DNA of 40,000 nt from Geothrix sp. PMB-07 (GTDB lineage: Bacteria > Acidobacteriota > Holophagae > Holophagales > Holophagaceae). The notes below the pieces were generated by a model. It searched no databases. It worked only from the letters and a program-made list of their open reading frames with translations, and had not been told where the DNA came from. The stretch lies in contig NZ_CP132333.1 in NCBI RefSeq assembly GCF_030758935.1, positions 704,992-744,991 of the forward strand, in the 5' to 3' direction. The translations under genes were made by a program, and so were the position numbers. Positions within the stretch are counted from its first letter, which is position 1, and the number at the start of each line of letters is the position of its first letter. Below, piece by piece: positions 21,623 through 34,100 of this stretch.

Positions 21623-22873
21623 TCAGCCTTCGTACATCCGCACCAGCAGGCCGGAGCGCAGCTTGGGCTCGAACCAGGTGGACTTGGGCGGCATCACTTC
21701 GCCGGCGTCGGCCACGCTCATGAGCTGGACGAGGGAGGTGGGATACACGGAGAAGGCCACGGCGCAGCCTTCCTTCACGCGGCGCTCCAGCTCGTCCATG
21801 CCGCGGATGCCGCCCACGAAGTCGATGCGGGTGTTGGTGCGGGGATCGTCGATGCCGAGGATGGGATTGAGCAGGTTCTCCTGGAGGATGCTCACATCCA
21901 GGCCGCGCACGGGATCGCTGGCAGGGAAGCTGCCGGGCTTGGCCTTCAGCTCGTACCAGGTGCCGCCGAGATACATGCCGAAGGTGGTGGGGGCCTGGGC
22001 GGCGCGGTGGGCCGACACGGCCACCTCGAACTTCTCGCCGACCTTGGCCAAAAAGGCTTCCTGGCTGAGGCCGTTGAGATCCTTCACCACGCGGTTGTAA
22101 TCCATGATCTTCAGCTGGTCGTGGGGGAAGACCACGGCCATGAAGCTCTCGAAGGGCTCGTCGCCGTCCAGGGCAATGCCCTTGGCCTTGGCCTCGGCGC
22201 GCTGGGCCTGGCCGTAGCGGATGGCGGCGGCGGTGCGGTGGTGGCCGTCGGCGATGTAGAGGGCGTCCACGCCATTGAAGAGGTGGACGAGTTCGTAGAC
22301 GACGGTTTCGCCGGAGACGACCCACACGGTGTGGCCGATGCCATCGGGGGTGACCACGTCATAGACGGGCACCTGCTTGCGCACATCGTTCACGATGTGG
22401 TCGATGTAGGGCACGGCCTTGTAGGTGAGGAACACGGGCTCGGCGTTGGCGGCCTGCTCGGTGACGTGGCGGGTGCGGTCGTCTTCCTTGTCCTTGCGGG
22501 TGAACTCGTGGCGCTTGATGGTGCCGTTCTCGTACTCCTCCACCGAGCAGAGGCCCACCAGGCCCGCCTGCACGTGATCGCCCATCTTCTGCTGGTAGAC
22601 GTAGAGGCAGGGCGTGTTCTCGTGGAACAGGGTGCCCTCTTCGATCATCTTGCGCAGGTTGGACACGCCCTTGGCGTAGACTTCGTCGGCGTGGACGTCG
22701 ATGCCCGCGGGCAGGTCGATCTCGGGCCGGCCCACATGGAGGAAGGAGTGGGGGTTGCCCTTGGCCAGCTCGGCGGCTTCCTGGGTATTCACCACATCGT
22801 AGGGAACGGCGGCCACCTGGGCGGCCAGTTCGGGCCGGGGGCGGAACGCGCGGAAAGGCTTCAGCTGGGACAT
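21623..22873 (-). CDS. DUF1015 family protein (416 aa)
   Basis: MSQLKPFRAFRPRPELAAQVAAVPYDVVNTQEAAELAKGNPHSFLHV... is the characteristic DUF1015 N-terminus. I trimmed the start to ATG at 22873. Confidence 0.85.
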   Translation of the reverse strand: MSQLKPFRAFRPRPELAAQVAAVPYDVVNTQEAAELAKGNPHSFLHVGRPEIDLPAGIDVHADEVYAKGVSNLRKMIEEGTLFHENTPCLYVYQQKMGDHVQAGLVGLCSVEEYENGTIKRHEFTRKDKEDDRTRHVTEQAANAEPVFLTYKAVPYIDHIVNDVRKQVPVYDVVTPDGIGHTVWVVSGETVVYELVHLFNGVDALYIADGHHRTAAAIRYGQAQRAEAKAKGIALDGDEPFESFMAVVFPHDQLKIMDYNRVVKDLNGLSQEAFLAKVGEKFEVAVSAHRAAQAPTTFGMYLGGTWYELKAKPGSFPASDPVRGLDVSILQENLLNPILGIDDPRTNTRIDFVGGIRGMDELERRVKEGCAVAFSVYPTSLVQLMSVADAGEVMPPKSTWFEPKLRSGLLVRMYEG

Positions 22874-23103
22874 GGACACCTGCCTGGGGGAAGGGGGCCC
22901 CAACGGGGGCGCACTGGCGCCATTATTCCCCGATAGGTTCCCTTTGCAGAGCCCTTTGAAATGGTTTTGACGAAAGTCCCAAACTTCTGGGAAATTCACC
23001 GCGAATCGTCAAGGCCCGAGACCCACCGCAGACGGGTCTGGCCGCCGGGGTTTGGCTCATAGGCCTTCCCGTTGGGTTCTATGCGGCCTGTGCATGCTTG
23101 GTG

Positions 23104-23835
23104 TCAGGCCTCGCCGAATTCGGGACGACGGTGGTCGGAAAGCATGGCGGCGTTCATGAGCAATTCCGTGAGGGCCAGGTCGATGGTCTGCTCCACCCGG
23201 CAGGTCTCCACGAACTCGATGTCGGGGCGGTCCCAGGTGAGGATCTCGTAGGCCGCGGGAAGCCCTTCCTCGGCCCGGTAGGCGGCGTGCACCACCTCAC
23301 CGTTCTTGAGATACATCAGGCCCATGCCCGCTTCGGAGTTGACGGTGAGGGTGCAGGATTTCTTTTCCCAGTTCAGCAGCTGGAGGATGCTGTTGAGCCC
23401 GATGCCGCGGATGAGCCCGCTGGGTTCCAGGGCGGCGGCGGCCTTGATGGCGTCCATGAGGATGGTGAGCCGGGGCGGCTTGGTGAGGATGCGGATGGCA
23501 CCCAGCTGCAACGGTGTGTTCAGGTGCTGGCTCTGATCCAGGCCCGTCATGACGATGATGGGCACCTGGGGGTAGAAGCGGCTGGCCTTGGCGATGAGGT
23601 TGAAGCCATCCATCACGGGCATGTTGAGGTCGGTCACCAGCACGTGCACGGGCTCGTGGCGGAGGACCTCCATGGCCTGGCCGCCGTTTTCGGCCATGAG
23701 GATCTTGAAGCCCGGCAGGCCCTTCAGCCCGGCCCGGTAGAGGCTCAGGGTGGCGCGATCATCCTCCACCACCAGCAGGGTCTTGGTGGGGGCTTCAGGC
23801 TGGGGCAGGGGACGTGGGCGGCTGGGAAGGCTCAT
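23104..23835 (-). CDS. Response regulator with receiver domain plus C-terminal DUF4388 (PATAN-like) domain
   Basis: Receiver domain: TLLVVEDDRATLSLY...HVLVTDLNMPVMDGFNLI...IIVMTG. C-terminal LLNWEKKSCTLTVNSEAGMGLMYLKNGEVVHAAY resembles DUF4388. ATG at 23835. Confidence 0.78.
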   Translation of the reverse strand: MSLPSRPRPLPQPEAPTKTLLVVEDDRATLSLYRAGLKGLPGFKILMAENGGQAMEVLRHEPVHVLVTDLNMPVMDGFNLIAKASRFYPQVPIIVMTGLDQSQHLNTPLQLGAIRILTKPPRLTILMDAIKAAAALEPSGLIRGIGLNSILQLLNWEKKSCTLTVNSEAGMGLMYLKNGEVVHAAYRAEEGLPAAYEILTWDRPDIEFVETCRVEQTIDLALTELLMNAAMLSDHRRPEFGEA

Positions 23836-23868
23836 GGGCACCGATCAGCATACCTTTTCGGCAGGGTC

Positions 23869-25143
23869 TTATCGCTCCTCGCCTTTTGGGACGCGGCGGG
23901 CCGGGGCGGGCTCCAGGGCCAGGATGGCCAGGGCCTCCCTGGCATCGGCCGGGCGCTGAGCTTCCCAGTCCAGCACCCAGGGGGGCAGCTCGGCGTCCTC
24001 GTAGTCCCGCACCTTGCGGTGCCAGCTCACCAGGGACTGCACCACGGCCTCGTGGGTGTTCTCGGTCCGGGGCGGGATGTGGCCCTCCCAGATGGGCTCC
24101 TTGAAATACTTGCGCAGGGTGGCTTCGGCGGGTTTGCCCCATACGGCGTAGGTGCGGTCGAGCGGGCCGCCGATGGGCTTCTGGTTGAGGTTCTCGCCGT
24201 AGAGGTAGTAGAAGACGGCGTCGCCATCGCTCCAGTGGCGCAGCACCCCGAAGGCGCCCTTCAGCAGCAGGTTCTGCAGGTCGAGGTCCAGGGGTTTGTC
24301 CGTGCGGAAGTCCCAGGGCCCCACGTGGGCGTGGGCCACGGAGGGATAGCCCACCTCGGTGATCATCACGGGCTTGGGCCCCTTGGCGTCGGCGAAGCGG
24401 GCGCCCAGGGTGCGGGCCTTGTAGACGATCCACCACCAGGCGTCGCGGATCTGTTCGGGCGTGGGGTAGTCGTCGTACTTGGCGATGGGATCGTAGGTGT
24501 TGATGCCGATCACATCGAGGCAGTCGCCGAAGGTGAAGCTGTCGTGGCTGTCGAAGTTCACGCTGTAGACCAGCTTGCCGTGGAAGACCTTCCGCACCTC
24601 GGCGGCCAGGTGGCGCCACTGATCCGGAAAGCGGTGGGTGGAGGCCATCTCGGTGCCGAGGCTGTACCACTCCACGCCGCCTTCCTGCGCCAGGGCCGCC
24701 AGGCGCACGTTGAAGGCCGTGTAGTTCTTCCACCAGAGGTTCCAGTCATCGGGCGCGATGTTGCCGCGCCACCAGTCCGCGTTCTCGGCCTCGTCCCGCA
24801 TGTTGATGGTGGGGAAGAACATCATCCGCAGGCCGCGGACGTGGGCTTGATGGAAGGTGAGGCGCAGGCTCTCCTCGGTGGGACTGGAGGTGGGATGGCG
24901 GCGGATGTCGTTGCTGTGGCCCGTGTCCATGCGGTAGATGGCCTGCAGGCTCACGCAGGTGGCGCCGGTGGCGGCGATGCGATCCAGCTCCTCGCGGTAG
25001 TCGTAGTCGGGCACACCGGCGTAGAGGCCCAGCACCATGCCCCGGGGCTGGGGCACCAGGGCCTTGCGCTGCATGCGCCGCACGTAGAAGAGGGTGAGGG
25101 GCAGGACGAGGATGGCGATGAGGGCGAGGATGCGGCGGGGCAT
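23869..25143 (-). CDS. Membrane-anchored TIM-barrel glycoside-hydrolase-like protein (424 aa)
   Basis: I trimmed the start to ATG at 25143 (MPRRILALIAILVLPLTLF, a TM anchor). Motifs such as WYSLGTEM and VMITEVGYPS resemble clan GH-A hydrolases. The exact family was not determined. Confidence 0.55.
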   Translation of the reverse strand: MPRRILALIAILVLPLTLFYVRRMQRKALVPQPRGMVLGLYAGVPDYDYREELDRIAATGATCVSLQAIYRMDTGHSNDIRRHPTSSPTEESLRLTFHQAHVRGLRMMFFPTINMRDEAENADWWRGNIAPDDWNLWWKNYTAFNVRLAALAQEGGVEWYSLGTEMASTHRFPDQWRHLAAEVRKVFHGKLVYSVNFDSHDSFTFGDCLDVIGINTYDPIAKYDDYPTPEQIRDAWWWIVYKARTLGARFADAKGPKPVMITEVGYPSVAHAHVGPWDFRTDKPLDLDLQNLLLKGAFGVLRHWSDGDAVFYYLYGENLNQKPIGGPLDRTYAVWGKPAEATLRKYFKEPIWEGHIPPRTENTHEAVVQSLVSWHRKVRDYEDAELPPWVLDWEAQRPADAREALAILALEPAPARRVPKGEER

Positions 25144-25172
25144 GAAGACTCCAGCCTCCAGGTTACAGGCTC

Positions 25173-26420
25173 CTAGAGCCGCTGCACCCGCACCTGCACG
25201 ATGCGCGTGCCCTCCATGCGCAGCACGGTCAGCAGGGCGCCCTCCACGGCCACGGATTCCTGGGGTTCGGGGATGCGGCCCAGCCGGGCCATGACCAGGC
25301 CGGCCAGGGTGTCGAAGCCCTCCCGCTCCCAGGCCACGCCCAGGGTTTCGGCCACGTCCTCCACATGGGCCTGGCCGGAGACGAACCATACGCCCGGCGT
25401 CTGTTCCTGCAGTTCCGTGGAGGCCTCGTGCTCGTCCTGGATCTCGCCGAAGACTTCCTCCAGCAGATCCTCCATGGTGACCAGGCCGGAGACGCCGCCG
25501 AATTCATCCACCACCAGGGCCAGCTGGGTGCGGGCCCGCTGCAGGTCGCGCAGCAGGTCGGCCACGGGCTTGCTCTCAGGTACGAAGTGGGGCGGCTTCA
25601 GCAGGGTCGACAGCGGGGGTTGGGCGCCGTCCGGCAACTGCATGAGGTCCTTGACCAGCAGCACGCCGCGCACCTGGTCGATGCTGCCTTCGTACACGGG
25701 CAGCCGCGAGTGGCGGCTTTCGGTGAAGGCGTCCCAGGCTTCGCGGATGGTGGCCGTGACGGAGAGGGCCACGATGCGGGTGCGGGGGGTCATCACTTCG
25801 CGCACCACCGTATCGCCGAAACTGACCACGTTGCGGATGAGCTCGCGGTCGTCGGCTTCGATGATGCCTTCGGCTTCGCCCTCTTCCAGCAGGGCGGTCA
25901 CCGCCTCCTCGGTGGTTTCCTCGTCATCATCGTCCTTGGCCTTTTCCTGGGCGTGGCGCCGGTCGATCATGCGCGCCAGGGGATCCACCAGGGGGGCGAG
26001 AAGGAACTGGGCCGGGGCGTAGAGGGGGTAGAGCCGGGTGAGCCAGAGGGCCGGATCGCGGGAGGCCAGCAGGGCCGGCAGCAGCAGATCCAGCAGCCAC
26101 AGCCCCATCAGCACGATGATGGCGAGGGTCCAGGCGCCTCCAGGCAGGAATTGGCGCCCAGGCCAGAGCAGCAGCACCAGGAGCAGGAGCAGCACCTGGT
26201 TCCAGAACTCCAGGCCCATGCCCAGGGCCCGGGGCCGCTCCAGCAGGGCCGCCAGGCGCGGGTCGGCGATGGCCTCTTCTTCCAGCAGGCGACGCCGCTG
26301 CAGCGAGGGCAGGGCATGAAAGGCCGAAAGAAGGATCGCCGTGCCGCCACGATAGATCAACACCGCCAGGGCGGCGTAGAGGCACCATGAGAAGGGGGAG
26401 CTACTGCCTGGATCAGCCAT
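25173..26420 (-). CDS. CNNM/HlyC/CorC-family transporter (DUF21 + CBS pair + CorC_HlyC)
   Basis: N-terminal TM region, CBS-type VVREVMTPRTRIVAL and a C-terminal CorC_HlyC-like GFDTLAGLVMARLGRIPE...VLRMEGTRIVQVRVQRL. The start is ATG at 26420 or GTG at 26450. Confidence 0.85.
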   Translation of the reverse strand: MADPGSSSPFSWCLYAALAVLIYRGGTAILLSAFHALPSLQRRRLLEEEAIADPRLAALLERPRALGMGLEFWNQVLLLLLVLLLWPGRQFLPGGAWTLAIIVLMGLWLLDLLLPALLASRDPALWLTRLYPLYAPAQFLLAPLVDPLARMIDRRHAQEKAKDDDDEETTEEAVTALLEEGEAEGIIEADDRELIRNVVSFGDTVVREVMTPRTRIVALSVTATIREAWDAFTESRHSRLPVYEGSIDQVRGVLLVKDLMQLPDGAQPPLSTLLKPPHFVPESKPVADLLRDLQRARTQLALVVDEFGGVSGLVTMEDLLEEVFGEIQDEHEASTELQEQTPGVWFVSGQAHVEDVAETLGVAWEREGFDTLAGLVMARLGRIPEPQESVAVEGALLTVLRMEGTRIVQVRVQRL

Positions 26421-26454
26421 TGTCCGGACAATGCTAACGTGATTCCCCACGCGG

Positions 26455-27951
26455 CTAACGCGATTCCCCCCGCGCCAGGATCTGGCGGGTGAGGTCGGCG
26501 CGGGCGCCCTCGCTGAGGTGCATCCGGTTCCGCTCGGCTTCCCGGAAGTACTCCTGCGGATCGCGGCAGAGGCCGTCGGGGGTGGGCGGCAGGCCCTTGC
26601 GCACGCGGGCGGCGTTCAGAAAGCGGTAGGGCTCCTTCGCCAGTTCAGGGCTCTGCAGGAAGTGGCGGAAGGTCCACCAGCCCCCCACCACGAACCACAC
26701 CCCCAGAATTGCCACGGCCTTGTGCTGGAGCCAACGCATGCGCTCGGGCGTCTGCCGCACCTTCTGCCAGGCCACGCCCGCCCAGAGGTTCAGGCCGATG
26801 ACGGCGGCGGTCAGGAGCAGGGTGCCGGGCCAGCCCAGGGTGCCCCAGCCCAGGCCGGTGAGGGCGATGACGGCCGGTGCCAGCAGCACGCTGAAGAGCA
26901 TGTTCAGGTGCAGCATGTAGAGCAACAGGGATTCGGCGCTGGCGGCCTTGATGGGATTCGGCCCGCTCCAGCGGGGGCGCACCAGCTCGATGGCCCCCAT
27001 GAGCGTGCCGCCCAGGAGGATCCAGCCCACGCGGGCCGCCACGCTGGGCAGGGTGGTGTTGGCGATGGCGCCCAGCTCGCTGTAGGTGAAGGCGCCGGTG
27101 CGGCTGTGCAGCATCCAGACGCCGTTCTCCTGGATCCACTTCCCGCCCCAGAGCCACGACTGCTGGGTGGCGGATCCCCAGATCAGCAGCACGAGGCCCA
27201 CACCAGCCAGGGCGGCCAGGAACTTGGCCTCGCTCCAGCGGGCTTTGCCATCAACTGGTTCCACCCGCAGGTGCCGGTAGAGGCCGCCCAGGAAGGCGCC
27301 GAAGGCCGGGAAGGCGATCCAGGGGAAGAGCGGGAAGAGGGCCGACACGCCGCGATCGGTGTTGCCGTTGAAGAGGCCGCGGAGGGGCAGCCAGAGGCCA
27401 TCCGCCACGCCCGTGGCCCAGAGATGGGGCGAGACCAGGGGGACGAAGATGGCGATGGCCAGGGCCAGGGCGGTGAATACGCGAGGGTTCCGCACCAGCC
27501 GGGCCAGGCCCTGGAGGATGAGCAGCGAGAAGACGATGCACTGGAGCACGTCGACCTTGAACAGCTCGCGGGCCTTCTGGGCGGTGTTGAGCACGGTCCA
27601 GTCTGCCGCCGTGATGCCCGGGGCGTGCAGGGCGTAAGCGCAGAGCAGGATGAAGCCCAGGCGCCGGGCCGTGTCGGGCCAGAAGGGACGCAGGGTGCCG
27701 TCGGTCTTGAAGGTGGAGATGACCAGGCTGTAGCCCGCGGCCATGGTGAAACTGGGGGCCACGAGGCCATTGAGGTAGTTGAGCCAGTCGGGGCGAAGAC
27801 CCGACTGCAGCCACACGTTCACCACATGCACTTCGATCATCACGATGACGGCCCAGCCCCGCAGCTGGTCGATCCAGTCGCAACGGCGGGAGGGCGCGCG
27901 GTCATCCCAGAAGCGGGAGGGGGCGTGGCCGCCCGGGGCTGTGGCAGTCAT
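26455..27951 (-). CDS. Polytopic membrane protein, DUF1624 / heparan-alpha-glucosaminide N-acetyltransferase-like
   Basis: DWIDQLRGWAVIVMIEVHVVNVW, typical of the family, followed by many TM helices. I trimmed the start to ATG at 27951. Confidence 0.62.
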   Translation of the reverse strand: MTATAPGGHAPSRFWDDRAPSRRCDWIDQLRGWAVIVMIEVHVVNVWLQSGLRPDWLNYLNGLVAPSFTMAAGYSLVISTFKTDGTLRPFWPDTARRLGFILLCAYALHAPGITAADWTVLNTAQKARELFKVDVLQCIVFSLLILQGLARLVRNPRVFTALALAIAIFVPLVSPHLWATGVADGLWLPLRGLFNGNTDRGVSALFPLFPWIAFPAFGAFLGGLYRHLRVEPVDGKARWSEAKFLAALAGVGLVLLIWGSATQQSWLWGGKWIQENGVWMLHSRTGAFTYSELGAIANTTLPSVAARVGWILLGGTLMGAIELVRPRWSGPNPIKAASAESLLLYMLHLNMLFSVLLAPAVIALTGLGWGTLGWPGTLLLTAAVIGLNLWAGVAWQKVRQTPERMRWLQHKAVAILGVWFVVGGWWTFRHFLQSPELAKEPYRFLNAARVRKGLPPTPDGLCRDPQEYFREAERNRMHLSEGARADLTRQILARGESR

Positions 27952-28105
27952 AGGGGCCTCTGCATTCAGACGTTGAACCCTCCTAGCCTGCCTGAAGGCC
28001 CGCAAATCCTCCAGATGATCCTCCCGGGCGCCCTGCTAAGGTGATTGGGTTATATCCCCCCCGGTATTTCATTCCTGACTCATTCCTGACCTGGAGGCCT
28101 TCCCC

Positions 28106-29761
<1,656 letters not shown>

Positions 29762-29772
29762 CCCTTTTCCCC

Positions 29773-30465
29773 GTGCCATCCAGGAGCCTCCTCCGCCTGA
29801 CCCGGGGGATGCTCCTGTGCCGTGGCTGCCTGGGGCCCCTTGATCAGGAGGCCGAGGCTGGGCTGTGCGCCCGCTGCTGGAGCGGCCTGCAGCCGCTGCC
29901 TGAGGGCCGCTGCCCTCGATGTGCCCTGCTCCATGGCGAAGGCCCCTGCCCGGAGCCGACGGCCTGGACGATGGGTGATGCTCTGTGGGATTACCACGGG
30001 GGTCGGCCACCCCTGGGCGCGCTGCTGCTGCCCGCCATCAAGCAGGGCGAACTGGGCTGGCGGAAGGCCCTGCTCGAGCGCCTCTCCAGGGCCACGCTGC
30101 CGGACTGGACTGCGGAAGTGGATGCGGTGACCTCGGCCCCCAGCGCCCTGCCGCGCCGTCTTTTGCGGGGCTTTGATGTCGCCGCGGACCTGGGACAGCA
30201 CATGGCTGCGCGCCTGGGACGGCCCTACGCGCCGCTGCTGGCCAAGCGCTGGTTCAGCGGCCGTCAGGCTTCTCGTACGGAATCGGAGCGGCGGCGCCTG
30301 CCCCGCCGGGCCATCGCCCTGCGGCGGGGCGTTTCACCCGGCGGCATCCTCCTCCTGGTTGATGATGTCTGGACCACGGGCACCACCCTCCTGCGCTGCG
30401 CCGAGACGTTGCTGGAGGGCGGTGCCGCCGAGGTACGGGTGCTGACCTTGTTCCGGGCGTTGTGA
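29773..30465 (+). CDS. comF: ComF-family protein (phosphoribosyltransferase domain)
   Basis: N-terminal CRGC...CARC...CPRC zinc-finger-like cysteines and the PRTase motif ILLLVDDVWTTGTTL. The start is GTG at 29773 or ATG at 29809. The track N-terminus overlaps the permease gene and was trimmed. Confidence 0.78.
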   Translation: MPSRSLLRLTRGMLLCRGCLGPLDQEAEAGLCARCWSGLQPLPEGRCPRCALLHGEGPCPEPTAWTMGDALWDYHGGRPPLGALLLPAIKQGELGWRKALLERLSRATLPDWTAEVDAVTSAPSALPRRLLRGFDVAADLGQHMAARLGRPYAPLLAKRWFSGRQASRTESERRRLPRRAIALRRGVSPGGILLLVDDVWTTGTTLLRCAETLLEGGAAEVRVLTLFRAL

Positions 30466-30498
30466 GGGGGCTGCGCCCCGCTCGGACCTTAGGACACA

Positions 30499-30528
30499 CC
30501 AAGGCCGCGGCGGTTGCCGCGGCCTTGG
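30499..30528. terminator. Strong hairpin between convergent genes (probable bidirectional terminator)
   Basis: A perfect 13-bp stem, CCAAGGCCGCGGC pairing with GCCGCGGCCTTGG, with a GGTT loop. It lies between comF (+) and the OMP gene (-). The U-tracts are weak. Confidence 0.55.
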
Positions 30529-30543
30529 TCTTGGTGGGCGCGA

Positions 30544-31143
30544 CTAGAAGTCGTACCGGAGGCCCACCTGGATCCAGGCGGGATTCAAGCCCCCGACGCG
30601 GACCAGGGGGTCGCTGGTTTTCTTGCCGGCCAGTTCCGTCTGCTGGAAGGCCACTTCGCCATGCCAGTTCGGAGCCAGGTCGTATTCCAGGCCGAGCTTG
30701 AAGCCGACCTTGAGCCCCTTGGTGTCCTTGAATGGGAAGTGGTGCTGCACATCATCGGGGGCCTGGCTTTCCACCCCGGAAAACGAGGCGGAGTAGTTGT
30801 TCAGGCTCAGGCCCGCGATGCCCCGGAGCCGCTGGAAGCCGGTGGCCAGCAGCAGGTCGCCGGCCAGCTGGACCTGGGTCAGGCTGGTGGTGAGGCCATT
30901 CTGGGCTTTTCCCGGAAAGCGGTTCACGGCCAGCGAGATCCGGGCGGGCACATCGGTCTGGTAGACCTTGGTGTCGAAGCCGACGTTCAGGCCGAAGCCT
31001 GAGTTGTTGTGGGTGACCTTGGACAGGCCCCCCACATAACTGTCATTCGAGAACATCAGGGTTCCCCCCAGGGAGTAGCCGGAGCCCTGGGCGCCGAGGG
31101 GAAGGGCCAGCAGGGCCAGCACTGCGGTTTGAATGGGTTTCAT
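30544..31143 (-). CDS. Outer-membrane beta-barrel protein (199 aa)
   Basis: Signal peptide MKPIQTAVLALLALPLGAQG, alternating beta-strand pattern and C-terminal ...GLRYDF. AAGGAG lies upstream. Confidence 0.7.
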   Translation of the reverse strand: MKPIQTAVLALLALPLGAQGSGYSLGGTLMFSNDSYVGGLSKVTHNNSGFGLNVGFDTKVYQTDVPARISLAVNRFPGKAQNGLTTSLTQVQLAGDLLLATGFQRLRGIAGLSLNNYSASFSGVESQAPDDVQHHFPFKDTKGLKVGFKLGLEYDLAPNWHGEVAFQQTELAGKKTSDPLVRVGGLNPAWIQVGLRYDF

Positions 31144-31167
31144 GGGATCACTCCTTGTGCCGGAGGG

Positions 31168-34100
31168 TTAGAACTTGAAACCGAAGCTGAAGTCGCCGAC
31201 CCTGCGGCCGCCCCAACCGTTGTTGTAGCTGTTGTTCGGCGCCCAGGGATTGCCGGCGGCTCCGTAGGTCTGGCCGCCGCGGTAGGCGGCGTACGATCTG
31301 CCGGAAATGACGCCGTCCCACCAGGCGGTGTTGTAGCCCGTGACCTGGTCGCTGAAGTAGCCGTACTGGTCCGTCAGGATGAAGTGGTTGAACAGGTTGT
31401 CGATGGAGATGTACCCCACGAAATGGGTCTTGCCGAGCCCGATGGGGATGTCCCACTGGATCTTGGCGCCCACCTGGTAGTAGTCCACGCCGGTCTTGTA
31501 GTCGTTGTAGTTCCCCAGGAGCACACTGTAGTAGGGATCCGCATTGCCCGGACGCGGATCGATGTCGACCACGCGCTCGCCGTTGATCGTGCTCGGCAGC
31601 TGCTGGAAACCCGCCAGGGCGCGGTAGTCGGCGCGCCCGTAGGGGGTGGTGAAGCCGCTGAGCCAGGTGTCGCCCTTGAGCGAGAAGGACACGTTGCCGC
31701 GGCCCACGGGATGCACGTAGGTAAGAATCAGGTGGCCCACCTGGTTGCGGTTGAGCATGCCCTTGCCCACGGCCATCTCCTGCTGGGCCGGAGTCAGCAG
31801 GCTCTCCCGCAGGTTTTTCCAGTTGTAGTAGTCCAGGGCATTGGTGCCGGTGGTGCGGTCCCAGGTGTAGCCACCCTCCATGCTCACGCGCGAGGTGAGC
31901 TGTTTCCGGAACGCGAATTCCAGCCCCGTGAACTCCCGGGTGAACCCGGAGTTGATCCAGTACGAGGCGCCCTTGTACATCCGCAGCGGATCGTTGGGGG
32001 CCGGGCTCACCATGTGGACCAGGTAGTCCGTGCCGTAGCCGTGGATGGGGCCGACGATGTCGTCCTTGTAGTACCGCTTCACGACGTTGGCCTTGAAGTA
32101 GCCGCTGTCGTAGTTGCGCTGGTAGCCCAGGTTCAGCTCGATGGTGAAGGGGGCGCGCAAGTTCTTGGCGATGTAGGTCTGGCGTGCATCCACGAAGTCG
32201 AAGGAGGAACCGTAGTTCTTCGGATCGATGAGGGTGGCGTAGTCCACGAACCGCACGCCGTTCATGTTCTTGCCGGTGTAGTTGTAGCCGTTGTACGTGC
32301 CCACCGGGGCGTCGCTCAGGGCGCCGGGGGTGTCGAAGCCCGGCTGGGGAATGGCCAGGTTCGCGCCGCTCCAGAGGTGCACCGTGCGGATCTCCCACTC
32401 GTTGCCCCGGAACTGGTTGGCCATCTGGTCGGAGTAGGCGGAGGCCAGCTTGGCCACGGAGAAGGAGTAGACCTCCTTGTTCTGACCATCCGGGTTGAAT
32501 TTGAGCTGCAGGCGCGGCTCCAGCAGGTTCTGGCTGGTCACCTCATGCCCGCCCTCGTCCTGCATGATGAGCCGGTTGAGCCGGGCGCCCAGGAGCAGGT
32601 TCCACTGGGAGGATAGGGTCCAGACGTCATTGACCCAGAAGGAGGTCGTGCTGTTCTTGGCGTCTGAAGGGTTGTTCCAGAACATCTCCATGTGGGCGCT
32701 GGGGCCGCGCATGGCATCCGACCAGTGGACGAACTGGTCATTCGTGGGAGAGAGACCGGGCCAGCCATTGCCGGGATCTCCGGCCCCTTTGCTCAGGATT
32801 TCGCTGGGGGCAGTGCCGGGGGCACCGCGGCGGAAGACGGGGTAGAGGTAGCCGCCCGTGGCGGAATCCTTGTACCAGCCGCCCTGCCAGACCGCACGGC
32901 TGCCTTCCTTGGAACGGCCGAAGTTGTAGACCGTGCCCACGAATTCGCCGCCTACGTCAATCTCATGCTTGCCCATGAAGTCCTGGAAGGTCTTCAGGTT
33001 CACGCTGTAGCCCTGGTTCCCGCGTTTCTCGGGCTGATTGTAGGTGGAGAGGCGGTTCTCCATGGTGCCGTAGCGGTAGCCGTCCTCCCAGTTGATCCAG
33101 TCGTGTCCCAGGCCCGAGGCCTCCTGCACGATGGTCATGTCTGGCGACTGGCTGGCCATGTAGCCCATGACGGACACGCCCGGATTGGGGTTGGGGACGT
33201 CGTAGGCTTTGCGGCTGGCCAGGTAGGCGCGGGCCTCGATGGTCCAGTTGCTGGACAGGGTTCCGTTCCAGCCCAGCGTGTAGGCCTGGGTTTTGGTCTT
33301 CAGGTCACCGATCATGGACTTGCTCTGGACCATCCAGGGATCGCCCGTGTGTTCGCCGATGGAAGCACCCTCCGTGGTGCCATCGGTGAGGAGGGTGAGG
33401 TAGACGACGTGGTTCTCGTTGATCGCCCCGGTGAGCTTGCCTTCCACCTTGTTGTAGGAGGTGGCCGAGTTCACGATCTGGCCGGCATCTTCCAGGCTGA
33501 CCCCGTAGGTTCCCCCAGGGCCGGCATTCACGATGGAATCCACACCGGGATTGAGGCCGTAGGTGGACATGGGGCGCAGGCCGTACTGGGCGGTGTTGCC
33601 GCTCACGTTGCGAAGGGTGTCCCAGGGCACGGTGGTGCCATCGGCCAGGCGGCCATGGGCGGTGTAGCCCAGCATCACGCGCTTGGCCTGGTTGGGCTGG
33701 AAGCGCGCGCCCAGGGAGAACCAGAGGTGATCCTTCCAGATGGGCCCGCTGGTGGTGACATCCACGTAGCGGCTGAAATCCTCGTCATTCAGGTTGTGGT
33801 TGTCTGCCGGAGAGGCGTTTGCGAGGTTGGCCTGCCAGGCATTGCGCTTGAGGTAGCTCCGGATGGTGCCTTCCCAGTTGTTGGAGCCGCTCTTGGTGAC
33901 CATGTTGATCTGGCCGCCGTTGACCAGGCCGTAGCGCGAGTTCAGGGCCGAGAGCACCACCTGCACATCCTCGATGCTGTCGGGCAGGGGCGCGTAGAGC
34001 GTGGTGTTGCCGCCCGTGTCGTCCTTCACGTTGATGCCGTCGATGCGGTAGAGCACCTGGCCGGTCTGGGAGCCGCGGACGCTCACGCCGGTGCCGGAGC

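Noticed and set aside
23098-25176. Very long antisense or alternative-frame ORFs in the GC-rich half (23098-25176 +, 27983-30010 -, 26518-28044 +, 31009-32616 +, 32692-34287 +, 36134-37393 -, 37273-39588 -, 16310-17170 -, 20687-21592 +, 22007-22936 +)
   Set aside because: Each lies opposite to, or out of frame with, a gene that has clear family motifs. Their translations are dominated by G/A/R/P/H/V repeats, which are stop-free frames produced by high GC content.
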